DNA of 64,000 nt, from the IMG/VR virus record IMGVR_UViG_3300047510_003392, positions 1 to 64,000 of that record. One strand, written 5' to 3'. A model generated the notes under the pieces. The model ran no database searches, was not told the origin of the DNA, and worked only from the letters and a program-made list of their open reading frames with translations. This document shows positions 1-9,943 of this stretch, piece by piece. Made by a program: the position numbers and the translations under genes. Within the stretch, counting starts at the first letter, position 1, and every line of letters begins with the position of its first letter. The stretch is from a virus.

Positions 1-364
1 CACACAACTTGCCTACGATGGGAATTTGAAACTCTCTTAGCCCCGTCGTCTGCTTAACCTGATAATCTTCAAGATTGCTCTGTGTAGGAATATCAATCTT
101 CTTAGCAGGATTATCTTGCCCAAAATCCTGACGAAAATCTGACTTATAAGTCTGCCATTCATATAATGCCCATTGATTGAGTTTGTTTTTTCCGATGCTA
201 TATCCCTGTGCCTTCAACTTTACTTTATTATTGTTCCAAAATACAAAAAACCCCTCAAGATAATCTTGAGGTATAACCCACCAGCGAACCCACTTTTGAC
301 CATACTTGGTGTATGTCTTGTTGGGTTCTGACCAGTTGATGAATAGTTTTTTGTCAGTTCCCAT
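1..364 (-). CDS. Partial CDS (runs off the window start), possibly N-terminus of a superfamily-2 helicase
   Basis: Read by hand: ATG at 364, MGTDKKLFINWSEP...GLREFQIPIVGKLC, open to position 1; LREFQ resembles a helicase Q-motif. Not in the ORF track because truncated. Confidence 0.45.
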   Translation of the reverse strand, partial: MGTDKKLFINWSEPNKTYTKYGQKWVRWWVIPQDYLEGFFVFWNNNKVKLKAQGYSIGKNKLNQWALYEWQTYKSDFRQDFGQDNPAKKIDIPTQSNLEDYQVKQTTGLREFQIPIVGKLC

Positions 365-671
365 GAACGTCTTTGCTGCGAATAAATCTGTCCGCTTCAA
401 AGATATTGCATTTTACAGGACTAGAGTCCTTGCGAATAACGCCAATATTGAAATATTGTTCCATCATTTCGTAAAATGCTCTGCCAGTAGGTTCGTCGGC
501 AGAATGACCAACACTTTCTGCATTGTTCATATATTGAGCACGAGTGTGCTTAAACTGACGCTGGCACATTACTTCTAAATGTTTAATAACGCCAGGTATG
601 CTTTCAAATAGCATTACTGGATTTTTGCCGTTCTGTTTGACGGTACTATCTACGATATAATATTTTGACAT
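354..671 (-). CDS. Hypothetical phage protein
   Basis: 105 aa ORF, overlaps next gene start, same strand as neighbours. Confidence 0.65.
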   Translation of the reverse strand: MSKYYIVDSTVKQNGKNPVMLFESIPGVIKHLEVMCQRQFKHTRAQYMNNAESVGHSADEPTGRAFYEMMEQYFNIGVIRKDSSPVKCNIFEADRFIRSKDVHGN

Positions 672-693
672 ATGACCTTTGTATAAGTTGTTT

Positions 694-849
694 TTAGCCT
701 AACCTCAAATCGCCCGTGATCCTAACAAGATGCGTAACGTCGTTCTTGAGCCAAATATTACCATCCGCGTCAACATCTATTAGATTGAGATCAACAGCCT
801 GCTGAACAGTGATAGGATTGTTTTGATAATAGATTTGTCCGGTGTACAT
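694..849 (-). CDS. Small hypothetical protein (51 aa)
   Basis: Hand-read MYTGQIYYQNNPITVQQAVDLNLIDVDADGNIWLKNDVTHLVRITGDLRLG*, fills gap. Confidence 0.5.
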   Translation of the reverse strand: MYTGQIYYQNNPITVQQAVDLNLIDVDADGNIWLKNDVTHLVRITGDLRLG

Positions 850-937
850 AGTGTGATATATATGGTTGTATATATAAGTATAAGCTTGAAAGCATAATGA
901 ACGTTGATAATGTGTTTGTCAACATATATTTATATAC

Positions 938-1339
938 ATGGCTTTACTAAAGAAAATACTAGAACAACAAGGTGGTGATATAGAAAATAAAGTGGCGGCA
1001 TTTGAACGCACACTGCAATCATCATACCCAGAGTTGGATAAAGTAGGAATGTATTATGATCGTAGTAATGGCAGTTTGTTTCTTAGCGACCTTTATGTAA
1101 AAGAAGAGCACAGAGGAACTGGAGTGGGCACAAAAGTAATGAATAGTATAACTAAGTTCGCAGATGCTGAAAACTTGCCTATTGTTCTAATACCGGAACC
1201 GGATGATGACAATATTTCACCAAAAAAGTTGATGGATTTTTATAAGAAGTTTGGATTTATAATAAACAAAGGCAAACGTATGGATTATACATTTAGTATG
1301 CCTTTTGCCACAACGATGTATAGAATGCCAAGAAGTTGA
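938..1339 (+). CDS. GNAT-family acetyltransferase
   Basis: LYVKEEHRGTGVGTKVM acetyl-CoA motif A and FYKKFGF motif B; TATTTATA at 927-934 just upstream. Confidence 0.8.
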   Translation: MALLKKILEQQGGDIENKVAAFERTLQSSYPELDKVGMYYDRSNGSLFLSDLYVKEEHRGTGVGTKVMNSITKFADAENLPIVLIPEPDDDNISPKKLMDFYKKFGFIINKGKRMDYTFSMPFATTMYRMPRS

Positions 1340-2455
1340 TTACTTCTTTTTGGTTGTTAGCCTGCCGTATTCAGCAAGTTTTTGATCTATATACTTCTCA
1401 ATGGTCTTGTCTGCTACTTCAACAACTTCTCCACTCTTGTTGGTCTTGTATTTTGTATTCCATTCTTGCAGACTCTTTTTTACCTGACCATATGTTTCGC
1501 CGGAAGTTTCCTTGAGATCTTGTATGGCGTTTACCATATTATCATTACTTGTTTCAGCAATGTTATGTTTGTATAATACAAAACCAATAGCAGCGGCGGC
1601 TCCAACCAATCCAACGGTCAATACCATCCAAGGTTGAATATACATTATTGCCACGGCTACAAATGCCAACACAAATGATATAACTGCCAATCCACCCTTG
1701 CCAACCGGAGAATATACCGCACCCGCCATTGCTATTGCTGCTCCTATGCCACACCATATCATTATCTCGCGTTTAGTCTTTTCAAGTTTTTCGGCACTTT
1801 CGCGTCTTTCTTTTTCAGCAGCAATAGCGGCGGCGGATGAAGCAAGTGCTTCGCTGTTTGCTTGATTCACTTTTTCCTGTGCTACTGTTATTTGTTTAGC
1901 GGCAGTTTCTTTGATTTCTTCTTTTTGTACTTGAAGTTGTTTTACTTCTTGCTTTGCTTCTTCTGTAGTTTTTACCAGCACTCCTTTTTCCGCCAACAAC
2001 TTTTTGTTTTCTTCTTGTAGACGCTTTATTTCATCCTTGTTATCTTTATCAAAAGCATCAATATATTCTTGTAGTTTTTTTGGACCATTCAATATTTCGT
2101 CGATGGTTGGAGATTTACCAAGAGCAGCAAAGCCAAGTCCAGTTTCACGCTTTGAATACTCAAGTGCACCAAGCTTTGGAAAAAAAGCATATGCTTGATT
2201 TATAGAATATAACGAGTTTGCCGCACTCTGTATCTGTTTTTCTTGAGCGATTATAACGCTGTCTTTTGCGGATGATATACGTTCTTGAACTTCAATCAAA
2301 TCCTTGTTGTATTTGTCTTTTAGTTCTTTTAGTTGCGACTCTGCTTGTGCTTTTTTGACATATTTATCTTCCAGATCTTTCTGCGTCATTGCCACGTAAG
2401 ATTGGCAACCAGTCAGCATCAATAGCATCGCAAACAATAAAACCGTTGTTTTCAT
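1340..2455 (-). CDS. Lipoprotein with long coiled coil and C-terminal transmembrane segments
   Basis: Signal peptide with lipobox LTGC, ~200 aa K/E/Q/A-rich heptads, then 2-3 hydrophobic helices. Confidence 0.7.
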   Translation of the reverse strand: MKTTVLLFAMLLMLTGCQSYVAMTQKDLEDKYVKKAQAESQLKELKDKYNKDLIEVQERISSAKDSVIIAQEKQIQSAANSLYSINQAYAFFPKLGALEYSKRETGLGFAALGKSPTIDEILNGPKKLQEYIDAFDKDNKDEIKRLQEENKKLLAEKGVLVKTTEEAKQEVKQLQVQKEEIKETAAKQITVAQEKVNQANSEALASSAAAIAAEKERRESAEKLEKTKREIMIWCGIGAAIAMAGAVYSPVGKGGLAVISFVLAFVAVAIMYIQPWMVLTVGLVGAAAAIGFVLYKHNIAETSNDNMVNAIQDLKETSGETYGQVKKSLQEWNTKYKTNKSGEVVEVADKTIEKYIDQKLAEYGRLTTKKK

Positions 2456-2456
2456 A

Positions 2457-2654
2457 TTATTCTATAACATCTTCCTCTTTCATCGGAGGAGTTTCTTTTT
2501 TATTATGCGTATCAGTATCAAATGCTTTTATTGTCCAGCGACCAGACATATCGCTAGTAATACCGGCACGAGGTTCTTTTATATTTGAACCTCCCTCGTT
2601 TATTGCTTCCTGTATAAGAAAGCAATAATGGTCGATTGGATCATAGTTTACCAT
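2457..2654 (-). CDS. Hypothetical protein
   Basis: 65 aa ORF tightly packed between neighbours. Confidence 0.5.
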   Translation of the reverse strand: MVNYDPIDHYCFLIQEAINEGGSNIKEPRAGITSDMSGRWTIKAFDTDTHNKKETPPMKEEDVIE

Positions 2655-3658
2655 TTTTCGTGAATACCTGCTTGGATTTGACTTGCGAAGTGGTTTAGTG
2701 GATCTGCTGGACCAGTGATGGTTGGTGTTTTCCCATATACCACCGTGTTCTTGTCATTGACTACCTTTGTTTCTGGTGCAGTTAGGTGTGTTGACTTCAA
2801 CGGAGCAGGAGCACCGGCTCCAAGACCAGAACTCTTGAGAGGCTTTTGAGCATCTACTTCTGGTCCAACCGGAGCAGCAAGAGTTACTACAGCGACCGTA
2901 GGAGTATCCATATCACCACATTCTTCAAGACCAGCAGCCTTGAGTTTGCTATAGTACTTTGGATCTTCTGCCAAATGATCCATGGCAATCTTCTTTGCTA
3001 GTGCTTCATCTTGAGTATGTTCTTTTTCAACTGCCATACCCATTTCTAGTTCTTTAGGGTCAACGTTTTCCATAATTTTTCCTTGTTTGTCTGATTTAAA
3101 ATACATATCCAAGTCGCTATAATACTTGGGATTGGTTTGTAGATTTTTGATTACGATTGGGCGGGCAACATCCTTGCTTGGATATTCCATATGTTTCATT
3201 TCCCAACGTAGTCCTGCCATTATTTCATCTGAATCAAATCTGTCATCCTTCAGGTCATCTTGAGTGATTGTATCATATAATGAACTACCAATCACGGTAT
3301 TGCCCTGCATATATGTGTATCTACGGCTTGCTGGATAATCTTTTAGGCGGCGTGATGTTTGATTGCTTGAGAACGTGCCTGCCCAGTTTGTTGGTGCTAC
3401 AGCACCTCCAGCCATTGCTCCGCCGCCATATCCAGCAGATTGACCAACGTAATATTCTATCAATGATATATCCGGTTCGGTCGGTTTCAAGTCTTGTATT
3501 CGTACCATCAAGCCGTCGTTTGTATCATCAAGTTTCACCAAGCAGTTTTCACCATTTATCTGTACTACCTTACCTGTTCTTTGGTGCCAATCCAAATCAT
3601 CCGGCGTATTGATTTCAACGTAGTCGCCAACTTTTATTGTGTTTTCAGTATCATCCAT
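2648..3658 (-). CDS. Phage protein with N-terminal KOW/SH3-like domain and two DUF5661-like repeats
   Basis: IKVGDYVEI...GKVV; ELEMGMAVEKEHT...AKKIAMDHLAEDPKYYSKL and a degenerate copy EIMAGLRWEMKHM...NLQTNPKYYSDL; start moved to MDDTEN (3658). Confidence 0.6.
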   Translation of the reverse strand: MDDTENTIKVGDYVEINTPDDLDWHQRTGKVVQINGENCLVKLDDTNDGLMVRIQDLKPTEPDISLIEYYVGQSAGYGGGAMAGGAVAPTNWAGTFSSNQTSRRLKDYPASRRYTYMQGNTVIGSSLYDTITQDDLKDDRFDSDEIMAGLRWEMKHMEYPSKDVARPIVIKNLQTNPKYYSDLDMYFKSDKQGKIMENVDPKELEMGMAVEKEHTQDEALAKKIAMDHLAEDPKYYSKLKAAGLEECGDMDTPTVAVVTLAAPVGPEVDAQKPLKSSGLGAGAPAPLKSTHLTAPETKVVNDKNTVVYGKTPTITGPADPLNHFASQIQAGIHEKW

Positions 3659-3944
3659 AAAGCATTCCTTTTTTGATTGTTGGCTCATTACGCACTCCCA
3701 TTTTTCCTTTCAGCATATTGAGTGCTGCTCTTGGATTCATCTTGCCAAAATTCACGCCAAGAATGCCGTGTTCATTACAAAATTTTTCCAGTTCCTTTAC
3801 ATCTTCAGGATTATATTCCATAGTGGCTGGTTCAGATGAACGATTCTTCAGCATATTTGTAATATCTGATAAAGATACTTCGTCCTTTGCTTTACCAGTT
3901 GGTCTAAGCATAGATGTATTTAGCATTGGCCAAGATTCATTCAT
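3651..3944 (-). CDS. Hypothetical protein
   Basis: 97 aa ORF preceded by TATTTATA motif (3958-3965). Confidence 0.65.
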   Translation of the reverse strand: MNESWPMLNTSMLRPTGKAKDEVSLSDITNMLKNRSSEPATMEYNPEDVKELEKFCNEHGILGVNFGKMNPRAALNMLKGKMGVRNEPTIKKGMLYG

Positions 3945-4087
3945 ATATATGGTCTTATATAAATATAAACCAGAACATGTAATATGTCTTTTTATATATC
4001 AAAAGAACATATCCAACATAACCAATACTATCCATATTATGAACACCATCGCCGCAACATTTTGGATTGCGTGTTTTAGTTTTTTTA

Positions 4088-4513
4088 TCATCTATAACTG
4101 CCAAGGCCCAACTTCTGCTTTTCTTCTGGAGTCAATATATTTTTTACAAAATGTTTGGTGATTCTGCCACTCATAGTATTTGCTTCATCTTCTATTGGCC
4201 CACCGATTTCAGGATATGGTTCATCTAGTTCGCCATTGATGTCCTGCTTCATATGAGTTAGTTCGTGAGCAATCGTTCTACAATAATCTACAAGATGTCG
4301 CCCGCCCGCTATACTACTTACTGTTTTATCTTTTGGACTATATGCCCCAGTAGTAATAGGTTCGTTTGGATTTGGTCCAAGTAATCTGATAGTAATAGGC
4401 GTATCATCCAATCCAAGTTGCTCAACAGCATATTTTACATACTTGGCAATAAGACGTTGACTATCTTCGTCTATTTTAGGGCATCCTTTGACTATTACTA
4501 ACTTAGCATTCAT
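4088..4513 (-). CDS. HEXXH zinc metallopeptidase-like protein
   Basis: TIAHELTHMKQ...IEDEAN; start moved to MNAKLV. Confidence 0.65.
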   Translation of the reverse strand: MNAKLVIVKGCPKIDEDSQRLIAKYVKYAVEQLGLDDTPITIRLLGPNPNEPITTGAYSPKDKTVSSIAGGRHLVDYCRTIAHELTHMKQDINGELDEPYPEIGGPIEDEANTMSGRITKHFVKNILTPEEKQKLGLGSYR

Positions 4514-4542
4514 AATAATAAATATATACCACTTTATATAAA

Positions 4543-4570
4543 TTGACACTTTTTTAGGTGCCCCTAAAAT
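4543..4570 (+). promoter_or_regulatory. Sigma70-type promoter for guaC
   Basis: TTGACA-16 nt-TAAAAT, 19 nt before ATG 4590. Confidence 0.6.
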
Positions 4571-4589
4571 AGGTGACGTAAAATAAATT

Positions 4590-5669
4590 ATGCAAAAATC
4601 ACAATATCTATCATATCAGGACGTTTTTCTAAAGCCGCAATACTCAAAGTATCATTCTCGCTCAGAAGCAGATGTTTCTGTAGAATTTGGACCAAAGAAG
4701 TTCAAGTTGCCTGTTACTCCCGCTAATATGAAATGCACCATTGATGCCAAGACGGCAAAATGGATGAGTGAAAATGACTATTTTTATGTGATGCATCGCT
4801 TCAATATCAGCCATCACGACACTCCTAATACTGATAATATCAACTTCATTGAAAAAGCCAATGAAGAGAACTGGAAGAACATCAGCATCAGTCTTGGCGT
4901 AAAGCAGGAAGATATGGATCTGGTTGAGCATTGCATCAAAAAGAATCTTCGTATTGATTATATCACCATTGATATTGCTCACGCACACAGCATTAGAATG
5001 AGAGAGATGCTTGCTTATATTGTGCGTATGTATCGCAGCAGCATTTGTTCAGTTGAAAAGCCTTTTATTATCGCTGGAAATGTGGCAACATCCGCAGCGG
5101 TTGTTGATCTTGAAAACTGGGGAGCGGACAGCGTGAAGGTTGGTATTGCTCAAGGCGATGCCTGCACAACATATGGTCAGACCGGATTTGGTATGCCTAT
5201 GTTCACTTGTATGCTAGAATGTTCTGCTGCTGCCAGAAAGCCATTGGTCGCTGATGGTGGAATTAGAATGAATGGAGATATTGCCAAGGCTATTCGTGCT
5301 GGCGGTCAGATGGTTATGGTAGGCAGCGTGTTCGCTGCTTGTGTTGACTCTCCCGCCGAAACCATCCAGAAGGTCGTAAGAATGAACGAACTAAAAGAAA
5401 CAATGAAGGTCAGTCCAAAAGGAGTTCTTGAACAAAGTCTGGATGAAATGCTTGCCAAGAAAAAGTATAAGCAGTATTACGGCTCCGCTTCTGCCATCAA
5501 CAAGGGATCAAATACTCACGTCGAGGGAAGATTGGTTACGCTCGAATGTAATGGAGTTACATACGAACAGAAACTCAAGGAAATGACTGAGAGCCTACAA
5601 AGCAGTATGTCATATGCCGGTGGAGACATTCGCCTCGCCGATTGGGGTATTATCTACCACAAACACTAA
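4590..5669 (+). CDS. guaC: GMP reductase
   Basis: PANMKCTID, YITIDIAHAHS, IAGNVAT, KVGIAQGDACTT, ADGGIR..GDIAKA, YYGSAS, HVEG, SSMSYAGG. Confidence 0.9.
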   Translation: MQKSQYLSYQDVFLKPQYSKYHSRSEADVSVEFGPKKFKLPVTPANMKCTIDAKTAKWMSENDYFYVMHRFNISHHDTPNTDNINFIEKANEENWKNISISLGVKQEDMDLVEHCIKKNLRIDYITIDIAHAHSIRMREMLAYIVRMYRSSICSVEKPFIIAGNVATSAAVVDLENWGADSVKVGIAQGDACTTYGQTGFGMPMFTCMLECSAAARKPLVADGGIRMNGDIAKAIRAGGQMVMVGSVFAACVDSPAETIQKVVRMNELKETMKVSPKGVLEQSLDEMLAKKKYKQYYGSASAINKGSNTHVEGRLVTLECNGVTYEQKLKEMTESLQSSMSYAGGDIRLADWGIIYHKH

Positions 5670-5839
5670 AGCAACTTGCGGAGAAAATCCAAGTGATTTA
5701 CTCCTTCATACTTGCTCAAATAATAACAAAACGCCGCTACAACAGCGGCGTTTTCTTTTTCTAGTTTTTGAGACAGTTCCAGATACTTAGCATCGCGGAA
5801 CAATTCAAGATAATCTACACATTTATCATCAACGCTCAT
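5666..5839 (-). CDS. Small hypothetical protein (MSVDDKC...)
   Basis: ATG at 5839 overlaps the stop of the upstream small ORF; better than the track start at 5923. Confidence 0.55.
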   Translation of the reverse strand: MSVDDKCVDYLELFRDAKYLELSQKLEKENAAVVAAFCYYLSKYEGVNHLDFLRKLL

Positions 5840-5990
5840 CGTCTTCTTGATGAGCGTCTTTTTGTTTAGGCTTGTTCTTGCCTTTTTTCTTGGGACGAAA
5901 TTTTTCAAACTTTTCAGTTTCAATTTCGTCGAGTTCTTCTACGTCAATATTTGAATAATCTTCTTTGTATCTATAATTATTTTTGCTCAT
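5829..5990 (-). CDS. Small charged hypothetical protein (53 aa)
   Basis: Hand-read MSKNNYRYKEDYSNIDVEELDEIETEKFEKFRPKKKGKNKPKQKDAHQEDDER*; TATTTATA upstream at 6016-6023. Confidence 0.6.
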   Translation of the reverse strand: MSKNNYRYKEDYSNIDVEELDEIETEKFEKFRPKKKGKNKPKQKDAHQEDDER

Positions 5991-6054
5991 GTTATTCTGC
6001 AATAAACTTTACAAATATAAATATAAGGTAAAAAATAAAACAATTAACTATAAA

Positions 6055-6708
6055 TTATAGTTTTACAATCAAAGTTTTGGAATAAGGATGAACTGTACCA
6101 GAATCATCTACAACACAAAGTCCTTTCATTCCACTTTCTTCATACTCATATATTTCACCATGAAAATTTCCCATATAAACTTCAACTTTTTCCATGTTGA
6201 GTTCTCCGGTTTTATTTTCCGCAAAAAACTTTTTAACGGTTGTTGCTTTTTTTAGCGTAAATTTTTTAAATTCCGGTTTGGATAGTATATCTGTTGACCC
6301 AAATCCGCCTCCGCCTCGCTGAGTATTATCCAAATTATTTGTTTCAACAAAATCAACGGGGTTATAAAACTCAAATATAATTTGAGCAATCTTATCTCCA
6401 ATAATTACATTGACATCTTCTTGACCGAGGTTGATAAGAATGACTCCAATTTCTCCACGATAATCTTCATCGATTACACCTGCCATAACATCTATACCCT
6501 TTTTGTATGCCAGACCGCTTCTTGGTGCGATTCTACCATACATCCCAGATGGAATAGACATAGATAATCCTGTCTTGAACAATTTTCTTTCACCAGGTTT
6601 CAATACATAAAACTCTGTAGTGTACAGGTCATACCCCGCTGCTCCAGTACTTCCTCGTGTGGGAATTATTGCCTTGCTTTCTAGTTTTGTAATAGATACT
6701 TTTTTCAT
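6055..6708 (-). CDS. dut: Trimeric dUTPase with C-terminal extension
   Basis: AAGYDL, GRIAPRSGLA, GVIDEDYRGEI, KIAQII, RGGGGFGST motifs. Confidence 0.93.
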   Translation of the reverse strand: MKKVSITKLESKAIIPTRGSTGAAGYDLYTTEFYVLKPGERKLFKTGLSMSIPSGMYGRIAPRSGLAYKKGIDVMAGVIDEDYRGEIGVILINLGQEDVNVIIGDKIAQIIFEFYNPVDFVETNNLDNTQRGGGGFGSTDILSKPEFKKFTLKKATTVKKFFAENKTGELNMEKVEVYMGNFHGEIYEYEESGMKGLCVVDDSGTVHPYSKTLIVKL

Positions 6709-6714
6709 AAAATT

Positions 6715-7023
6715 TTAATATACACTAACTACCAAATCGGTATGTGTCAATCCATAATCACCTTTCCAACCTTCTTCACTAACTCCAAATATTATATGTT
6801 CTTCGGTTCCTTCAACTCGATATATCACCATATTTGGATGTTCTTCGGATGTTACTTTCTTGTATTTTACAAACTTGGCTATTTCTGGTTCTAGTAGGAA
6901 CTCATCAAACAACTTAGTAATCTGCTCCAACGGAGTTTTTCTTACAATAACAACTCCACGACCATTTCCTCCAAGATTGCGAACATATTCAACTGCGAAT
7001 ATAAAAAGATTTTTAGGGTTCAT
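6715..7023 (-). CDS. Hypothetical protein
   Basis: ORF in operon; likely start MNPKNL. Confidence 0.6.
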   Translation of the reverse strand: MNPKNLFIFAVEYVRNLGGNGRGVVIVRKTPLEQITKLFDEFLLEPEIAKFVKYKKVTSEEHPNMVIYRVEGTEEHIIFGVSEEGWKGDYGLTHTDLVVSVY

Positions 7024-7624
7024 AATTAAATTTATCAAACATATACTTTTCGGTTTTATATATTATTTCTTTAGATTTATCGGATATACTTCTGTTGTAT
7101 TCTTGTCGGTTTTGACTATGTATCAACCTCTGGTCTTTGTTTACATTATCCACCAGAAACTTAAAATCATCATCCGAAAATTTTTCTTGGGCGTTTGTTA
7201 ATGCGATATGAAGGTCAGAAAAAAGATTTTCCGTTTTTCCAATAAAATTCATTTTTACATTTGAACTATATATTGGATCATCGCCTATATACCTCGACAC
7301 AAGTTTAGAATAATGTCCCATCCAAAAAGGGCCATAATCATTTATCCAAGTATCAAAATCTGGACATTCTCTTTCCATGAAACTAAATCTATCTTTTTTA
7401 CTCCATTGCCAAAAGGATGGCCACCAAGTGTAAGGATGTCTCACGAAACAAAAATTATATATGTTTTCACTTTCTACCATCTGGTGCAAAAATAAATGAC
7501 CATTCTGTGGTTCAGTATATCTCTTTAACCCAAGCTTTAACCTGAACAAAAAATTTTGTACTATAGACCCACCACATTTTGGAATGTGAATAAAGCTAGA
7601 TTTACGCAAAAGAATATTGCTCAT
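7013..7624 (-). CDS. Sulfotransferase family 2-like protein
   Basis: FIHIPKCGGS (5'-PSB loop), FVRHPYTW..S, FIGKTENL..D. Confidence 0.75.
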   Translation of the reverse strand: MSNILLRKSSFIHIPKCGGSIVQNFLFRLKLGLKRYTEPQNGHLFLHQMVESENIYNFCFVRHPYTWWPSFWQWSKKDRFSFMERECPDFDTWINDYGPFWMGHYSKLVSRYIGDDPIYSSNVKMNFIGKTENLFSDLHIALTNAQEKFSDDDFKFLVDNVNKDQRLIHSQNRQEYNRSISDKSKEIIYKTEKYMFDKFNYEP

Positions 7625-8805
7625 AACTTAATCAGCGACGGTGTAATGTCCTTTAATTCTCCAATCGTTTTCAGTTTAAATATCCCAAGCATCATTTCCG
7701 AATCTGGCTCATACCCTTCCGATATTATCGTACCAAGATTTTGTATGATGCTCATATTTTCCATAGGATTGTTAGCGATAAAATCCTTCTGTGAAAAATA
7801 CAATAGCATATTGTTTTTGTTTTGTTCAATATAATCGTGATTGAATATACGAGTTCTTAAATCTACGGTAGAATTTGGCTGTTCTCTGGCTATATATCGT
7901 TCTGCCAATATAGAGTTGTTGATATAGATGTGCGTAGCATATGGCTCTATATGATAAATAAAGTTTTCATCGGTAACATCTGTAACTACAAATCCAATAT
8001 TCAGTTTCTTTGATATGATTGGATGTTGGTATTGATTATTCTGAATCCAACTCTGCCACTTTCTCATATAATATCTGGCAGAACGATTTCGCATAGCATG
8101 AAACTTCGGATCTTGTGTTTGCTTTTCAACGCCATCTTGAAACTGCCCGCCTCTACAAGTAAAATGATATACAAGAGCATCCCACGATTGTATCATTTTA
8201 CATCCACTCAATATCATTCTCTGGAATATATCAGAGTCTTCATAATATGAATGCAGCGTTTCATCGTGCATACCAATATCTGTCAATGTCTTCTTGTATG
8301 TCAGCCACGGTGCAAATATTCCGTTGGTAATAGCATCCTTGTTTTTGACATTCAAGTTTGCGACATAAGCATCAAACTCGCTCTTCTTGAAATCTTCAGG
8401 ATACATTCCAAAGTGCTCTACTATCTTTTCCTTTCCCGCTGGATGTAATGGGGGTTCTATTCTAGTAGCCGCCACAACAGTATCTGCCTTTAGATGCTTT
8501 ATTAGATTAACATCAAATCCCTTGCCCATATACATATCAGCGTGAAACATACATACAACATCTGATGTAGATTGTTCTATACAGCGATTATATCCATAAG
8601 CAATACCTTTATACTCACTTGAAGTGTTCTTGGTATATTTTACTTCGGGAGCATTATACTTCAGCCATTCTTCTGTGCCGTCATTATCGGCATCAATATA
8701 CACAACTATTTCATATTGAAGTATAGAGTTCTCCTTGATAGATTGTATAGAACCCTTCAAATATCTAAGGTTGTTTTTTGTTGGCAGGCAGTATGATATT
8801 TTCAT
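7621..8805 (-). CDS. Glycosyltransferase family 2
   Basis: ISYCLPTKN, D..NDGT, HADMY, YEDSD. Confidence 0.85.
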   Translation of the reverse strand: MKISYCLPTKNNLRYLKGSIQSIKENSILQYEIVVYIDADNDGTEEWLKYNAPEVKYTKNTSSEYKGIAYGYNRCIEQSTSDVVCMFHADMYMGKGFDVNLIKHLKADTVVAATRIEPPLHPAGKEKIVEHFGMYPEDFKKSEFDAYVANLNVKNKDAITNGIFAPWLTYKKTLTDIGMHDETLHSYYEDSDIFQRMILSGCKMIQSWDALVYHFTCRGGQFQDGVEKQTQDPKFHAMRNRSARYYMRKWQSWIQNNQYQHPIISKKLNIGFVVTDVTDENFIYHIEPYATHIYINNSILAERYIAREQPNSTVDLRTRIFNHDYIEQNKNNMLLYFSQKDFIANNPMENMSIIQNLGTIISEGYEPDSEMMLGIFKLKTIGELKDITPSLIKL

Positions 8806-8987
8806 GTTTTTCCGTGTTCTATACCAACTACATCAAGTAGTTGTTGTTCTTTTTCAGTCATTTCGTTGTATACTCTATACATTTCTTTTCGCGTCTTGTT
8901 GGCAAGCAAACCATCCTTCTCGCCTTCATCAATGCAGCGTTGTAGTTTATAATACAACTCAAAATATTTTTTAGCAGCTTCTGTCAT
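8802..8987 (-). CDS. Small hypothetical protein
   Basis: 61 aa ORF overlapping both neighbours. Confidence 0.55.
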   Translation of the reverse strand: MTEAAKKYFELYYKLQRCIDEGEKDGLLANKTRKEMYRVYNEMTEKEQQLLDVVGIEHGKT

Positions 8988-9810
8988 ATAATTTTAGTTC
9001 TTTTGTTCTCTCGTTGTATCTGTAAAATCTACAGCCAGTATACTGTATGATTTTGTTCATTCTGTCAATATCTTTTTGTTTTAGTTTTCCTCCACTATAA
9101 TGATGTCTCTCATCATACTCCACTACAATATTTCGTTCCTTATCATATCCGTCCACAAAATATCTTTTTATCAAACATTCTCCCCCGTTTTCCGCGTGCT
9201 GTAAATTCCACCCCATTTCTTCGGACAATTTATTCAAATATAAACAAGCATTTTTATTATATCTGTGTGGTATAGATGATGATACTCTTGCTGCATCTTT
9301 GCGTTCCTCCGACCAATTTTGTCTGTAATTCGGATTATTTTTTCCGTATCTGTGTATTCCGTGCATCGGATTGTTCTTCCCAGATGCAGCGAAAGGATTT
9401 TTCTTGTAATATTCTTTTCTATGTCCGCTTATCAGTTGCCGCGTGCTTTGTGAAAAAATCCTTCCCTTGTTGCTCTGTGATATTTTACGTTTTACAATTT
9501 TTGCTTTGTTCTTACCAAGCCGTTCTTCAAACGATTTTCCCTTATATGCTTCGGAAGTTTGATTTGATTGGCACGACTTACATACCGTCATTTTTCTGTC
9601 AGCCACACGCTTTGCTTTTATTTCTTTATAAAATATTTGACATCTACACTTCGGACATTTTCTCGACAGTTCTTCTTCGGTATATACAACTTTGGTTCGT
9701 CGGCTATTTAATTTATATCCACATTCTTGACATAGACATTTAGATTTTATCAAACATTTACTCTTTGTCCATATATCCTTGTTGCATTCAGGACAGCTTC
9801 TTCTCCACAT
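8971..9810 (-). CDS. Homing-type endonuclease: Zn-ribbons, NUMOD3-like repeats, C-terminal PD-(D/E)XK-like domain
   Basis: CPEC/CQEC/CPKC/CKSC, SGKNNPMHG, YFVDGYDKERNIVVEYDERHH; probable start MWRRSCP (9810) coupled to small upstream ORF; frame is also open from ATG 9951. Confidence 0.75.
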   Translation of the reverse strand: MWRRSCPECNKDIWTKSKCLIKSKCLCQECGYKLNSRRTKVVYTEEELSRKCPKCRCQIFYKEIKAKRVADRKMTVCKSCQSNQTSEAYKGKSFEERLGKNKAKIVKRKISQSNKGRIFSQSTRQLISGHRKEYYKKNPFAASGKNNPMHGIHRYGKNNPNYRQNWSEERKDAARVSSSIPHRYNKNACLYLNKLSEEMGWNLQHAENGGECLIKRYFVDGYDKERNIVVEYDERHHYSGGKLKQKDIDRMNKIIQYTGCRFYRYNERTKELKLYDRSC

Positions 9811-9943
9811 TTTTATTCCTCCAGTATCTTTCCATAGCGGCTGCGTTGAGTCGCTCTTTATGCTTATCGTAATATCGCTTGGCTCTTGCTCGTTGCTGCT
9901 CAAGGAGTTCGTCTTTTGTCTTATGTAATTTTTTTCGTCCCAT
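9788..9943 (-). CDS. Small basic protein (51 aa), copy A
   Basis: Hand-read MGRKKLHKTKDELLEQQRARAKRYYDKHKERLNAAAMERYWRNKNVEKKLS*; paralog at 11624-11767 differs by synonymous and conservative changes in this frame. Confidence 0.8.
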   Translation of the reverse strand: MGRKKLHKTKDELLEQQRARAKRYYDKHKERLNAAAMERYWRNKNVEKKLS

